From: Giardia intestinalis
Taxonomy: Eukaryota
Length of the DNA stretch: 64,000 bases
Direction: 5' to 3' (one strand)
NCBI GenBank assembly: GCA_000002435.2
Contig: CM018791.1
Shown here: in pieces, positions 33,138-43,100 of the stretch
Numbering within the stretch: position 1 is the stretch's first letter
Layout of the letters: each line of letters opens with the position of its first letter
Program-made: the position numbers and the translations under genes
Notes under the pieces: model-generated
Seen by the model: the letters and a program-made list of their open reading frames with translations, nothing else
What the model was told of the DNA's origin: nothing
The model's database searches: none

Positions 33138-35264
33138 ATGGATAGCGAGCATGCCACTCGGCGGTGTCTCTCCGAGTGTCTAGGGACCAGTATCCACATG
33201 AGTCCTATCGCCACTTTGCTCTTCAGTAGCTCGTCATTGGTCAATTCTTTGATCGCAGGACTATTCACAGAGTGGGATGGAAAGGATCCTATGATGTTGA
33301 ATGAGGCTACCATGAAGCTTCTGGGCACGTTGACCACTAATCGTGAGCCGCTTTTCAGCTCAACGCCCAAGGGTGAGCTAGGTCTTCTTCTCTGTAAGGC
33401 GGCGCTCTTGATGGTGAAAGAAAGGGACTTCTATGTTGCCTATGCGCTCGTATCGGCTATTTGGCGATCGCTTCAATGCACACACGAGCAAGAGACTTCT
33501 GGCGTATCTGTTTGTAAAGGAAGACTTGCATACTATAGAACCCTGGAGGCATTTCTGAGCGCATTCTGTTATCTAGAACTAGACGAATATACTATTGTTC
33601 CTTACTCGCTTGGTCAATTAGCTCAAAGGCAGTGCCTACTGACGTTCACCCACTTCTTAGAGTACCTCACAGATGGACCAATTCAGCTCAACGAACTTAT
33701 TCAGCTGCTCCATGTGCAGCTATACTCAGCAGTTATGTTCGGTCATCTGGATATGTTACATGAGTGCTATATCGTCACATTGTGTTTGTACTGTTTAGTG
33801 CTGGATCTGTTATTGCAATTAAATCTATTGTCCATTTCAGACACGAGCCAATCTGACAGAAGTTGCAACAATTATACAAGTGCAAAACTTAAGCATCTGT
33901 ATTTACAGACAAACAAAGATAGAAGAGTGTTTGATGAAGAAACTGCTACAACAATAACAGCCTTGTTAAGCGACATTGATGAGACGTTACGAGGACAGTC
34001 GAAGGATAAAAGTGAGTGCTCCCAGGGGGAGACCCTTTTAAACCAAACTAGAGGGGACTGTGCAGTGAAAACCCGTGAGCTACTTGCTAACTATAAGTCA
34101 AGTCATGTAGCAGAAGCCATATATACGTTAGATCAATCGCTTGAGAATAGGCGCCCATATAACATATTTGGAACATCCGGAATTACTATAGCCCAATTAT
34201 ATATCGGAGTCGCACTTCTGCGAAGCCTTATTGAAAGTAGCTTCGGAATAAGCACTCATTTGGCAAACGCCACGTTGCGTGACAAACCTTGTAACAAGAT
34301 GTGTGAGCAAATCTCTGATCTCGCATCATTCTTTCTGCAGGTATCTGAAGAAATTCCTCTACACATTGGAACCGTCTGCTCCCTCAGGCCATGCCAATCC
34401 CTCGATCAACGGATTGACAGGCCAAAGCCTGAGAGCATACGGCCTTATCTTGCCATGCTCAATCGATGTAGCAAAGGGCTCGGCAAGGAACTACAAGTTC
34501 CTCCTCTGTTGAATGCCTCCATGATCAAGTCTCTTTGTGCAGTCATGTGCTCCTGTCTGATGCTGCTCTTGGTTCCTGCCAATGCGGAGTCGACAAGTAT
34601 CCAGTTGGAAAGCGTTATAGACTCACTTAGTATGCTCAGCACTCACTGTACGAATGAGCTCCTGGTAATCTACACGTCTTTGGAGATCTTAAACGCGTTT
34701 ATCGTGTCCAATTGCTCAACACTCCTACTGCATGACATTTCGGAGAGTGTAGGGGCACCAGACGATTTCCAGCTGTCTACTTTTAAAGACACAGCCAAGC
34801 TATCGATAAAACGAATATCATCGAGCCCAAACAGTCAGTACGATTCTCATCTGAATAAGATCTGCGACCAGGTGCCAAAGAAGAGCTTCTGTGACGACAT
34901 TGACGGGTGGGTAGAAGCCATCGTGGACATCATGTATACTATCTCCAGGCAATCTATATCGCTGACCGCGGAGCTTGTCTCTCTGCTACAACGACTCTGC
35001 AGGCGTGAAAGCCTCACGATCTTGCGTCTTCTATGCTCCAACGACGACAGGAGGCTCCAGATAATCAAATACTTGCGGTACTTATGGTTCTTAGCTCAGA
35101 GTTATCGAGATAAAGTCCTGTGCATGCATCAGCGTCTTCAGGGCTACAGCTACGCTGCGCACACGCTGCCACTCATAAGCAACTCCCTTCTGCAGCGCAC
35201 AAGGAGCTTTTTTCCTCTTCAGAGTGTGCTCCTCGATCTGTATGTGATAAGCCTAGAATGGTAG
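33138..35264 (+). CDS. Hypothetical protein (708 aa), mostly alpha-helical, no recognisable domain
   Basis: Long ORF with the first ATG at 33138 (the track start 33111 is GTG), in context ccgcaaaaATGg. Its 3' end overlaps the convergent gene by 12 bp. Confidence 0.45.
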   Translation: MDSEHATRRCLSECLGTSIHMSPIATLLFSSSSLVNSLIAGLFTEWDGKDPMMLNEATMKLLGTLTTNREPLFSSTPKGELGLLLCKAALLMVKERDFYVAYALVSAIWRSLQCTHEQETSGVSVCKGRLAYYRTLEAFLSAFCYLELDEYTIVPYSLGQLAQRQCLLTFTHFLEYLTDGPIQLNELIQLLHVQLYSAVMFGHLDMLHECYIVTLCLYCLVLDLLLQLNLLSISDTSQSDRSCNNYTSAKLKHLYLQTNKDRRVFDEETATTITALLSDIDETLRGQSKDKSECSQGETLLNQTRGDCAVKTRELLANYKSSHVAEAIYTLDQSLENRRPYNIFGTSGITIAQLYIGVALLRSLIESSFGISTHLANATLRDKPCNKMCEQISDLASFFLQVSEEIPLHIGTVCSLRPCQSLDQRIDRPKPESIRPYLAMLNRCSKGLGKELQVPPLLNASMIKSLCAVMCSCLMLLLVPANAESTSIQLESVIDSLSMLSTHCTNELLVIYTSLEILNAFIVSNCSTLLLHDISESVGAPDDFQLSTFKDTAKLSIKRISSSPNSQYDSHLNKICDQVPKKSFCDDIDGWVEAIVDIMYTISRQSISLTAELVSLLQRLCRRESLTILRLLCSNDDRRLQIIKYLRYLWFLAQSYRDKVLCMHQRLQGYSYAAHTLPLISNSLLQRTRSFFPLQSVLLDLYVISLEW

Positions 35265-38200
35265 GTATATCTTAGACTCTTCTACACAGTCCAGTATGTC
35301 CAAGATCTCTGTAGATACGTTCCCACTGATGCTCATCTGGCCAGTGTCATTTAATTCGATAGTGTTCCGCTTTATGAGCAGTTTATTGCCATGCTCGACT
35401 TGTAGTATGGAGTTGCTGAACGCCTTTCGGAGGGCCTGTCTGCGCTCGTCGCTATTGTCATAGCGGTTCAGAAGTATCAGCTCTGCGGAGTCGTCATACG
35501 GATGTGTCGATTCCACATCTAAGGAGATATCATCATCAATTTTAACAGAAAAGTATCCTCGAGCGATGCTCATCTTGCGATCAATCTTGTTAAATACGAG
35601 GTTTCGACATACGGGAAACTTAACCTTTGGAACCTGATCATGTAGCGAAAAAGCGATGGTTTCTCCAGTTGTAAATAGTAGGCTGTTGCCAAAGTCTGCA
35701 AAGTGTCCGCTTGAGAGATGCACCTGATGTGACTTCTTGGAGGTTGTGACAATGTACTTTTTAAATCTGCCGCGTAGGATGTCTGCCATGTCCTGAAGCT
35801 GCATAATGGGCTCATCGAGAAGAAAGATAAGGTCACACGCGCATACGACTGAGTCAGATAGAGTAGTAGACGTCAGTATTCGGTATGCCTTCTCGCTCTT
35901 CTCCAACTTCATAGTTTCTTCGCAGTGCATCTCAGTGGAGTTGGCATCTGATAACTTGTTGATCGTGGCTGTCTCCTTCTTCTCGGCGATGATTGTCTTA
36001 ATGGATGCAGTGAACTCCTGAACCTGACGATGCCTTGCCATGCAGATGTTGTTGAGATGAGAAAGCGGTATGTCAAGGAATGGTAGGTTGGTTCCAGAGC
36101 GTGTCGAGATAGAACTGGGAAGTGGTGTATCGTCCTTTAAATGGAGGGTATTGGAGACGGGTATGTTGGGCTTAGAGACTTTAATCTCTGGTTCTTCTTT
36201 AACCGAGAGTATTGCCTTCTGTGACTTTTGGCACACAGATCCATAATTTTGTAGAAACAACAACCCATACTGATCTTGCTTACCCTCAAAGTTCTGGTCC
36301 TCATCCGTCTCTGTTAGTGTCCGATATGTTAGATGTAGCTCATCTGTCACTGAGTTATAGACTATGGCTACATCCTTTAAGAAAGCTGTTATCAAGAGTA
36401 TGAACAAGTCCTTTAGTCGTTGTTGGAACGCTATGCTCTGGGTCCCTATATCTTTTAAGGCATCAGGACTGGATCCAGGTGCCTTAGGGCCACTAGATGG
36501 TATCTGGGTAGCTTGCGCTGCAAAGGCGTTGGCATCAGCCAGGAATGTAAGGTAAGGGAGCATGCAGCCTTCTTGTTCTACAGCAGGAGATTCTATGCCG
36601 AAATAGAGATTAGGGGGGACCGCAATGCTATGTTTGGTAAGTACACTTGCTCGCAGGTCCATAGAGGATGGAGCCGGAATCTCTACGCCACCAACCTTGA
36701 CGATTGGACTGCGTCTGATATTCTTACTTCGATAGCCATTAGCATCGTATCCTATGGAGAGATAATGGACGAGAACAGATATGAACGTCATGTCAAAGCG
36801 GATATGGGGAGGTGACTCCAACGTAATGTCTTTGTAGGCATCTGTGGGAGGTATAAAGACATGAGTATCGGACATTCCTAAGATGGTGCGCAGTAGAGAG
36901 AGGCTGAATTCCAAATCTATCACAGGATCTAAGGTCTTAGTCACGGGATTGAAATATTTTGAAACTACTACGCCAAGAATCAAGCTTACGTTAGTTGTGA
37001 CATATCTTTCCTTTGCCTCTGGGGACAGAGCAGCTCCATCTGCTGCATCAGACTGATGAGACTTTTGGGGTCTTTGATCAGTAGTTGAGTCAGCGAGCTG
37101 TTTTTGATAAGCTTCTCTATCCATGATTGTTAATTGCGGGGTTGAAATTTTGGTTAGATGAGCGACCGATTTCCCCTGGCTTTTAAGAAGAATGAGGGAC
37201 AAGAGCTTGTAGCCTGGAGAGCCTCTGGCAATCTTTGGTAAGTACGGACGGATAGATGTCAGCACAATAATGTTTGCGGGGTTAGATGCAAAGCCTCCAG
37301 AGAATAAGAGCTGCCTTCCGGGACCAGACAGAAAGTAGGGGTCTGGAGTCAGTATGAATAATGGAAAGGGTAGGGGCACATCAAGTTGCTGTGCTCTCGA
37401 AGTAATATAAAATTCTGGGGTGATGATACCATCCATTCCAATGGTGCGTAGATAAGATACGTAGTAGAGAAAGACTTGCTCATCCATCAAGAGACAAATC
37501 TTGTAGCTGAGACGCTGCTCTTCTGCATCGGCTCGTTGATCGTTAGATTCAGCAACCGGCTTAGGTGTATATGTTTTTAGTGCAGTGCTAAGCAATGCTA
37601 AGACGTTAGTAAAGCCAGTGATACCATCGCAGACGAACATAGTCTTAGAATACCGCTGTATAGATTGCATAGATTGCGAACCGAAATCTGTTAACGGTGT
37701 GAAGGCACGTTCTAGAAGTTTAAGCATAGCGTGTGAGTCTAGCAGAGGAAAGTTTAGGATGCTCCTCGGAACATTCAAAGGGGTTGAAAAGCAAACCTCT
37801 CCTTTAAGATAGCGGCTGCTTAAGGGAAGATCCAGAGCGACTGAACGCTCCAAAGATTGATATGCGCCTCTATTCTGAAGTATGTCTAAGCTCTTATGGC
37901 GACATGTCGGCATGCAAACGATCTTATTTGTCGAAGGAGGCAGCTGGAGAGACCAGAAGTATTCATCTGCATTGATTCTGTGGTAACTTCCCAAGATAGA
38001 TTGCGTCACTGAGATGACGTTTATCTCCTCAGGTGATTGGATGAAGGAAGAATTGAATAGTCGCTCAAGCTTGAGGTAATCTAAGAGGATGAAGTCCAGA
38101 ACTGGCTGATGACCTTTCATATCAAGACATAAATTGAAGAAAACATTCAACACAGTAGCGTGGAGCGCGGGAACAAGATTGGTGGGTATAAATGTCTTGA

Positions 38201-38429
38201 TCTCCTTTCTGCTCAAAATATACAGGCAGGCACCTGCGTGTTCCAAGGCAGCCGATGTGAGGAGTATTGCGCTGATGTTATCGATGTGGTCATCATACAC
38301 TCGGAGATATGTCTCGTAGGGTGCAGCCAGGCCACAGTCGACAAGAAGAAGAGTGTCGTTTATGGTCAGCAGATACGCATGCACCCCAGTTTCTTCTACG
38401 TCGAAAAGCGGCTGCAGCTCGCATTCCAT
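35253..38429 (-). CDS. CPSF-100 (CPSF2)-like metallo-beta-lactamase/beta-CASP family protein with degenerate His motif
   Basis: N-terminus: GVHAYLLTINDTLLLVDCGLAAPYETYLRVYDDHIDNISAILLTSAALEHAGACLY. This parallels CPSF2 ALCYLLQVDEFRFLLDCGW...IDAVLLSHPDPLHLGALPY, including loss of the HxHxDH motif. The 1058-aa length is longer than metazoan CPSF100, and INTS9-like is an alternative. ATG at c(38427..38429) follows aaaattataaaagg (reverse strand). Confidence 0.5.
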   Translation of the reverse strand: MECELQPLFDVEETGVHAYLLTINDTLLLVDCGLAAPYETYLRVYDDHIDNISAILLTSAALEHAGACLYILSRKEIKTFIPTNLVPALHATVLNVFFNLCLDMKGHQPVLDFILLDYLKLERLFNSSFIQSPEEINVISVTQSILGSYHRINADEYFWSLQLPPSTNKIVCMPTCRHKSLDILQNRGAYQSLERSVALDLPLSSRYLKGEVCFSTPLNVPRSILNFPLLDSHAMLKLLERAFTPLTDFGSQSMQSIQRYSKTMFVCDGITGFTNVLALLSTALKTYTPKPVAESNDQRADAEEQRLSYKICLLMDEQVFLYYVSYLRTIGMDGIITPEFYITSRAQQLDVPLPFPLFILTPDPYFLSGPGRQLLFSGGFASNPANIIVLTSIRPYLPKIARGSPGYKLLSLILLKSQGKSVAHLTKISTPQLTIMDREAYQKQLADSTTDQRPQKSHQSDAADGAALSPEAKERYVTTNVSLILGVVVSKYFNPVTKTLDPVIDLEFSLSLLRTILGMSDTHVFIPPTDAYKDITLESPPHIRFDMTFISVLVHYLSIGYDANGYRSKNIRRSPIVKVGGVEIPAPSSMDLRASVLTKHSIAVPPNLYFGIESPAVEQEGCMLPYLTFLADANAFAAQATQIPSSGPKAPGSSPDALKDIGTQSIAFQQRLKDLFILLITAFLKDVAIVYNSVTDELHLTYRTLTETDEDQNFEGKQDQYGLLFLQNYGSVCQKSQKAILSVKEEPEIKVSKPNIPVSNTLHLKDDTPLPSSISTRSGTNLPFLDIPLSHLNNICMARHRQVQEFTASIKTIIAEKKETATINKLSDANSTEMHCEETMKLEKSEKAYRILTSTTLSDSVVCACDLIFLLDEPIMQLQDMADILRGRFKKYIVTTSKKSHQVHLSSGHFADFGNSLLFTTGETIAFSLHDQVPKVKFPVCRNLVFNKIDRKMSIARGYFSVKIDDDISLDVESTHPYDDSAELILLNRYDNSDERRQALRKAFSNSILQVEHGNKLLIKRNTIELNDTGQMSISGNVSTEILDILDCVEESKIYLPF

Positions 38430-38537
38430 CCCTGCTGAGTCCTTTTATAATTTTAGCTTCAACAGGAGTAGCTAAGAGAAACCTGCATGTTTACTTCTGG
38501 ATCAAAGCAGCAAACAGGATGAGCTTTGTCACATCGT

Positions 38538-39626
38538 TCACCTTCTGCGGACAATAGGCTTGTTCGTGCTGCGAGGCAGAGCTCTCACGGGTGCACGCTT
38601 CGATTGGGTCGGCTTGGTGATCGCACGAGCGGTGGGGCGGGCTACAGCAGAGCGGCTAGCATTGCCAGTCACAGAGCTCCTCGATTGGACCGTCTTCTTG
38701 GGAGCCGTCCTGGAGCGGGACGTTGAGGCCGTCTTGCTAGATGACCTAACCACTGTCCTGAGCGGTGTTTGGCTGCGGCTGTTTGGCATGTTGCATTTCC
38801 TCTGCGCATTGTGTGCACTGTTGTGCATGTTGCTCTTGGCCTTGCCACAGTTGGAGGCGCTACGAGCGTTGCAGCTTGTCTTTCGTCCCGACGCATTGCG
38901 GACTACTGTCTGCCTGTAGTACGTGCATCCATCTCTCTCGAGAGTTGTGGGGCAGTTTGTCGGCGGGAGAGCAGTGCAGTAATCGCAGTCTGTTGTTCCA
39001 CAGAGGTAGATTCCGGTGTAGGTGTCAGGCGCAGCTGTGCAAACGAGATCGGTGTTGCACTGGACATGAATCTCCATCATGTAAGGCAGGTCGAAGAGAT
39101 CTGCCGGAACGTCGCCAGTCAGCTCGTTGCAGTCAAGGTGGAGCTCCTTGAGGAATTGGAGTTCGTTGACGCAGGTGGGGATGGGACCAGTGAGAGCATT
39201 AATACTCATGTACCAAAACATCATGTGGGTTAAATCACAGATGCACTCGGGAATGTCACCCGTCAGCCCAGCGTTGTTAATTTGCAGGTACTGCATTGAG
39301 GTGAGGGCACAAAGATCCGTCGGGATCGGGCCCGCAAGGTCATTATTATTAAGGTACAGCGACCTCAAAAGTGGGAAGCAGCCTATGTCGGCAGGGAGGG
39401 CACCAGTGAGCCCCATGTCAGAGAGGTCGATCCCAATAACGTTATTGTTAGAGTCGCATGTGATGCCGGTCCAGCTACAGTAAGACACGTCGGGCGTAAG
39501 CCAGTTATTCGACTTCCAATTAGCACCATCCAGGGCATCGTACAAATTGGTCAGGGCCTCCTCCTCGGTGGCAGGGCAAGCGGCGCGAGCAAGACCAAGA
39601 AGTCCTAGAACAAGGGCTGCGATCAT
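38538..39626 (-). CDS. Secreted plant-type leucine-rich-repeat protein with basic Ser/Arg/Thr/Lys-rich C-terminal tail (362 aa)
   Basis: Signal peptide MIAALVLGLLGLARAA. An LRRNT-like segment LTNLYDALDGANW...CSWTGITCD is followed by about 6 plant-specific LRRs (LxxLxLxxNxLTGxIPxx). A Cys-rich cap follows, then about 110 aa of highly basic S/R/T/K-rich low-complexity tail. I recall Giardia annotations of this type being called 'leucine-rich repeat protein 1 virus receptor protein'; that is from memory and unverified. Confidence 0.7.
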   Translation of the reverse strand: MIAALVLGLLGLARAACPATEEEALTNLYDALDGANWKSNNWLTPDVSYCSWTGITCDSNNNVIGIDLSDMGLTGALPADIGCFPLLRSLYLNNNDLAGPIPTDLCALTSMQYLQINNAGLTGDIPECICDLTHMMFWYMSINALTGPIPTCVNELQFLKELHLDCNELTGDVPADLFDLPYMMEIHVQCNTDLVCTAAPDTYTGIYLCGTTDCDYCTALPPTNCPTTLERDGCTYYRQTVVRNASGRKTSCNARSASNCGKAKSNMHNSAHNAQRKCNMPNSRSQTPLRTVVRSSSKTASTSRSRTAPKKTVQSRSSVTGNASRSAVARPTARAITKPTQSKRAPVRALPRSTNKPIVRRR

Positions 39627-39916
39627 TTTATTTTCCCAGCCACTGTTGAGCTGCTGTTATCTGTTGACCTCTACAGCATCAGTCTACTGTTTCTTTTTAG
39701 TTCATATCTTAAGTTAAGGTTTTCTCGTTCACAGTCACTATTTGTCAGAACCCATGCTCTCATCAAAGTGGGTTGTAGATGCTTTTGGCTCTGTGTTCCT
39801 CTTGTGACTCTGGTACTTAGAAACACCTTGTGGTTCTAAGGTTCACAGTTGTGCTTCAAGGCCCAAGGGGTATCCTTTATAGTGGACTAAGACATCTGTG
39901 GAGTAGTAAACCACCA

Positions 39917-39949
39917 TCCTTTGAGACTTCTTTGAGATTTCTTTGAGAC
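39917..39949. repeat. Three tandem copies of an 11-bp unit (tcctttgagac / ttctttgagat / ttctttgagac)
   Basis: Read directly at 39917..39949, inside the unusually long 523-bp intergenic region upstream of the SNF2 gene. Confidence 0.6.
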
Positions 39950-40035
39950 TTTTTCGTGTCACATCGATCACATCCCATGTTTGCCATAGAGCGCACAGCT
40001 GTGTGAATTGGCGGCCAAAAGAAAAATGGCTTTGC

Positions 40036-40064
40036 TTCTCTTTCTACTGCTTCTTTCTACTGCC
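40036..40064. repeat. Direct repeat ttctctttctactgc / ttctttctactgcc (2 copies)
   Basis: Read directly. It overlaps an 18-codon hydrophobic micro-ORF (MALLLFLLLLSTAFVALV) starting at 40026. Confidence 0.5.
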
Positions 40065-40149
40065 TTCGTCGCACTTGTATAGCCTCTGGAGATGACTTTT
40101 GAGAGGATCATTAATAAACTGTCATAAATCATAATTTATAAGGTCCCAT

Positions 40150-43100
40150 ATGAAAACTTCGCTTGCGGATCTTCTGCGAAAGCCACTTCTACGGCATGCA
40201 TTTGATCCCCACGAGCGAGGCAGCAATTTATCCGGAGACCGGGACAGGCAAGGAACGGTAGACCATGGTCAGAATCACGCTCATTGTGTGCAGACCCACC
40301 ATTCATCACCCAGCTCTGCAAGCGGGGAATGCATAAAAATGGAGCCCGCTCAGAGCCATAAAAATCAAGTGGATCCTGAGGACCGGCTGCAGCCGCGCTC
40401 AGATGGTCCAAAACCGCCACAGTCTCAAGAAGCCGGTGTATGCCTTACTTATCAATTGCCATACCTTTCATTTGGAAAAAGAATGATAAAGGTGTTTCCA
40501 AATCTCAACATTACTAACGCTCACCGTGAATTCATGGTTCTCTACGAATTTGACTATCGATTGACAGAATTTTCGCTCATAACGTACCTGACCCAAAAGA
40601 GACGAGCATTCCTCAGCGAAGTGGACCTTTATGCAGAAACAGACTTGGGATCTCCTGAGGATGTGGAGGCATCCCAGTATCTAATCCTTGCCAATCTGAT
40701 TTCTAGGCCAAGGTTGCGAGGGTTTTATCGACCGCTGAATTCTTACTATGCTGTTAACTGTCTCCTTTACCACGATCCACAGCCAGCTAAGACCCTCAAG
40801 ACGTCGTTTCTTCAAAGCCTACAGCAGCAGTCGTTACTTAACATGCGATTTGCTGCTGAGAAGCGGGAAATGGCTGCTACCCTTAAGCAGAAAATGCTTT
40901 CTTTGACAACCGGGAACTTCAAACTCTCGATTGTTTGTAGACATGAATCGCCCTTGATAGGGAAAATATTTGGCTCTGGCCTACAGAAATACATGCTTCC
41001 TAGATCCCAAATACTGACCACTACTGGAAAGCAAGGGTCCTCGGGAGTTAACAAATATTCAAATCTGCCAGACTTTGCCTTCAAAACGTATACTGATGAC
41101 ATGATCAATAGCCTAATTTACATGTACTTGCGCCAGTTTGAAAACGTGTATACATTAGAAGATGCCCGGCAAAAGCGGATTTTCCTGCCACCTGTCTTTT
41201 TGACGTTACTGTTGGAGATAACACGCTATGAGCTGCATGTCATGTCGCGATTGGGGGTGGATCCCACCGTGACCCTCGAGACTACAACAAATAGGAGTAC
41301 TGTGGAAGCCCATGAGATCTCAGCAATGCTGGACTCTATTCTCGCTCGAACTAACCCCTCAGACATAGACCCAGCATGCACTGTCAATTACAGCTACCTT
41401 TTCAAGACCGATTCTTTTGCCGAGTCCGGTTCAGCAGAAGCCCAGGAGGCACTAGAGACACTTATAGAGTCACATCCCGGCTTTACAGAGCGGCATAAGG
41501 CGCTGCTTTATCAAGCAGAGCTCGGGCTGAAGTTGATAGAGTATATCTTGAAGAATACTGGGTACGAGAACAATCTTCACTTTGAGCAGCGGCTGTACGA
41601 CCAAGTCCACATCCAATATCCCATAGAACTCACCACACAGCCTGTATCCATTCAGCATGGTCGATTAAAGAACTACCAGCTGGACGGTGTGAAATTCCTC
41701 GTGTCTTTGTACCGCTCGAGCAATGCCAATCTACAAGATCTTCAAACTGGGACAGGAAGCTCTGGCTGTCTTCTTGCAGATGACATGGGTTGTGGGAAAA
41801 CAGCGCAATCCATAGCCTTTCTGGCGTACTTATCAGACAATCGCATATCTACCGGGATGCACTTGATAATATCCCCACTGGCTGTGTCTGACAGTTGGGC
41901 CACTGAGTTTCAGACATGGTTCCCCAACTTCTCTATTCTTCTCTACAAAGGTGACCAGGAGCAAAGAGCAAAGTATCGGCGACATATCCTGACACTATCC
42001 AAAGGCAACATCAGCGTGTTAACGGATTACGGCGGGCCAGCAATCAAGGATAAGGATTCTCGAACAGCATCTGGCTCAGCTGGGTATTCTTCAGGCGATT
42101 CCGGCAAGTCCACAAATCAAATCCTCTCAAATATTAATGCAATCGTAACGACCTATGAGTACGCCATCAAAGATCGGAGCTTTTTCAGGCAGATTGACTT
42201 TGACGTCGTTATTGTTGATGAAGCGTCAAGAGTTAAGAATGCACGGGGAAAGCTCATAGACGTACTAAAGAAGAGTATCAATTGTAGGTTTAGAATCCTG
42301 CTCAGTGGAACACCTATACAGAATAACCTTCGGGAGTTATTCACCCTGTTAGGTCTGATTCATCCTGCCGTATTTTGCGATTATGATCGCTTTGAAAGCA
42401 TATTTGGCCAAGTGTTCTCACTGGCACATACTGGACGTAACTCAGACCTACACCATGCACACCATGGCTACCATGGCTTCAGAAGACGTGCAAGCACTGA
42501 TAGCGCGCAGCTGGAGGTATCCGACATGAGAACAGGTGCTTCTCCCTCTCTCAGCTCTGTCCAAATGCAAAGCATGCAAAGCATATCTACTACAACTTCT
42601 CAAGCTGTGGGGCGCCGAAGCAAGCGCCAATGCGGATCTACTGCAGTCACCTTTGCAGATGACCTTGGTGAAGATGAGCTAGACAGCAGCTACTCTTACT
42701 CAAACAAGGACAGCAGCGAAGACGAAAATGATAATGATTCAGAGCTGAGCCGGGTTTCTTCTGTGCCCACAGAGATGATGGTTCCGATAGGGTCCACTGC
42801 TAGCTTAATTGGTGCAAAAACAGCTTCTTCCTTACCAGAACTAACTCAGGATCTGCCCCAAAACGCTCCCATTACAAAGGACAACATTGCAGAGGTCGCC
42901 ATACAACTGGCTGAGAACATCGATAAGATATCTGGCCTGACAAACTCACAGAAGACATTCATCGTTGAGAGACTTCACGGTATTTTGAAACCATTTCTTC
43001 TGCGGCGTGTTAAGACTGAGGTTCTTGCACAACTGCCTCCAAAAGAAGAGATTATTATCCGTGTCCCGCTGTCCGCGTTTCAGCTATTTTTTTATAATTT

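Noticed and set aside
38526-39483. Plus-strand ORFs 38526..38726, 38560..38919, 38765..39151, 38769..39233, 39127..39483
   Set aside because: All are antisense or off-frame to the well-supported minus-strand LRR gene. They are Arg/Ala/Cys-rich without motifs and arise from the locally elevated GC and the repetitive codon structure of the S/R-rich tail.
39800-39910. Possible tRNA (atagtggactaagac resembles a D-loop)
   Set aside because: No acceptable T-loop (GTTCRANYC) or acceptor-stem pairing could be found nearby, so it is not supportable without a covariance-model scan.
40136-40420. 94-codon minus-strand ORF overlapping the SNF2 gene start
   Set aside because: Antisense to the N-terminus of a strongly supported gene. 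No initiator context or motifs.
41625-41645. ctcaccacacag resembling the conserved 3' motif (CTRACACACAG) of diplomonad spliceosomal introns
   Set aside because: It lies inside the continuous SNF2 reading frame, with no matching GTATGT 5' site upstream that would preserve the frame. It is most likely chance.
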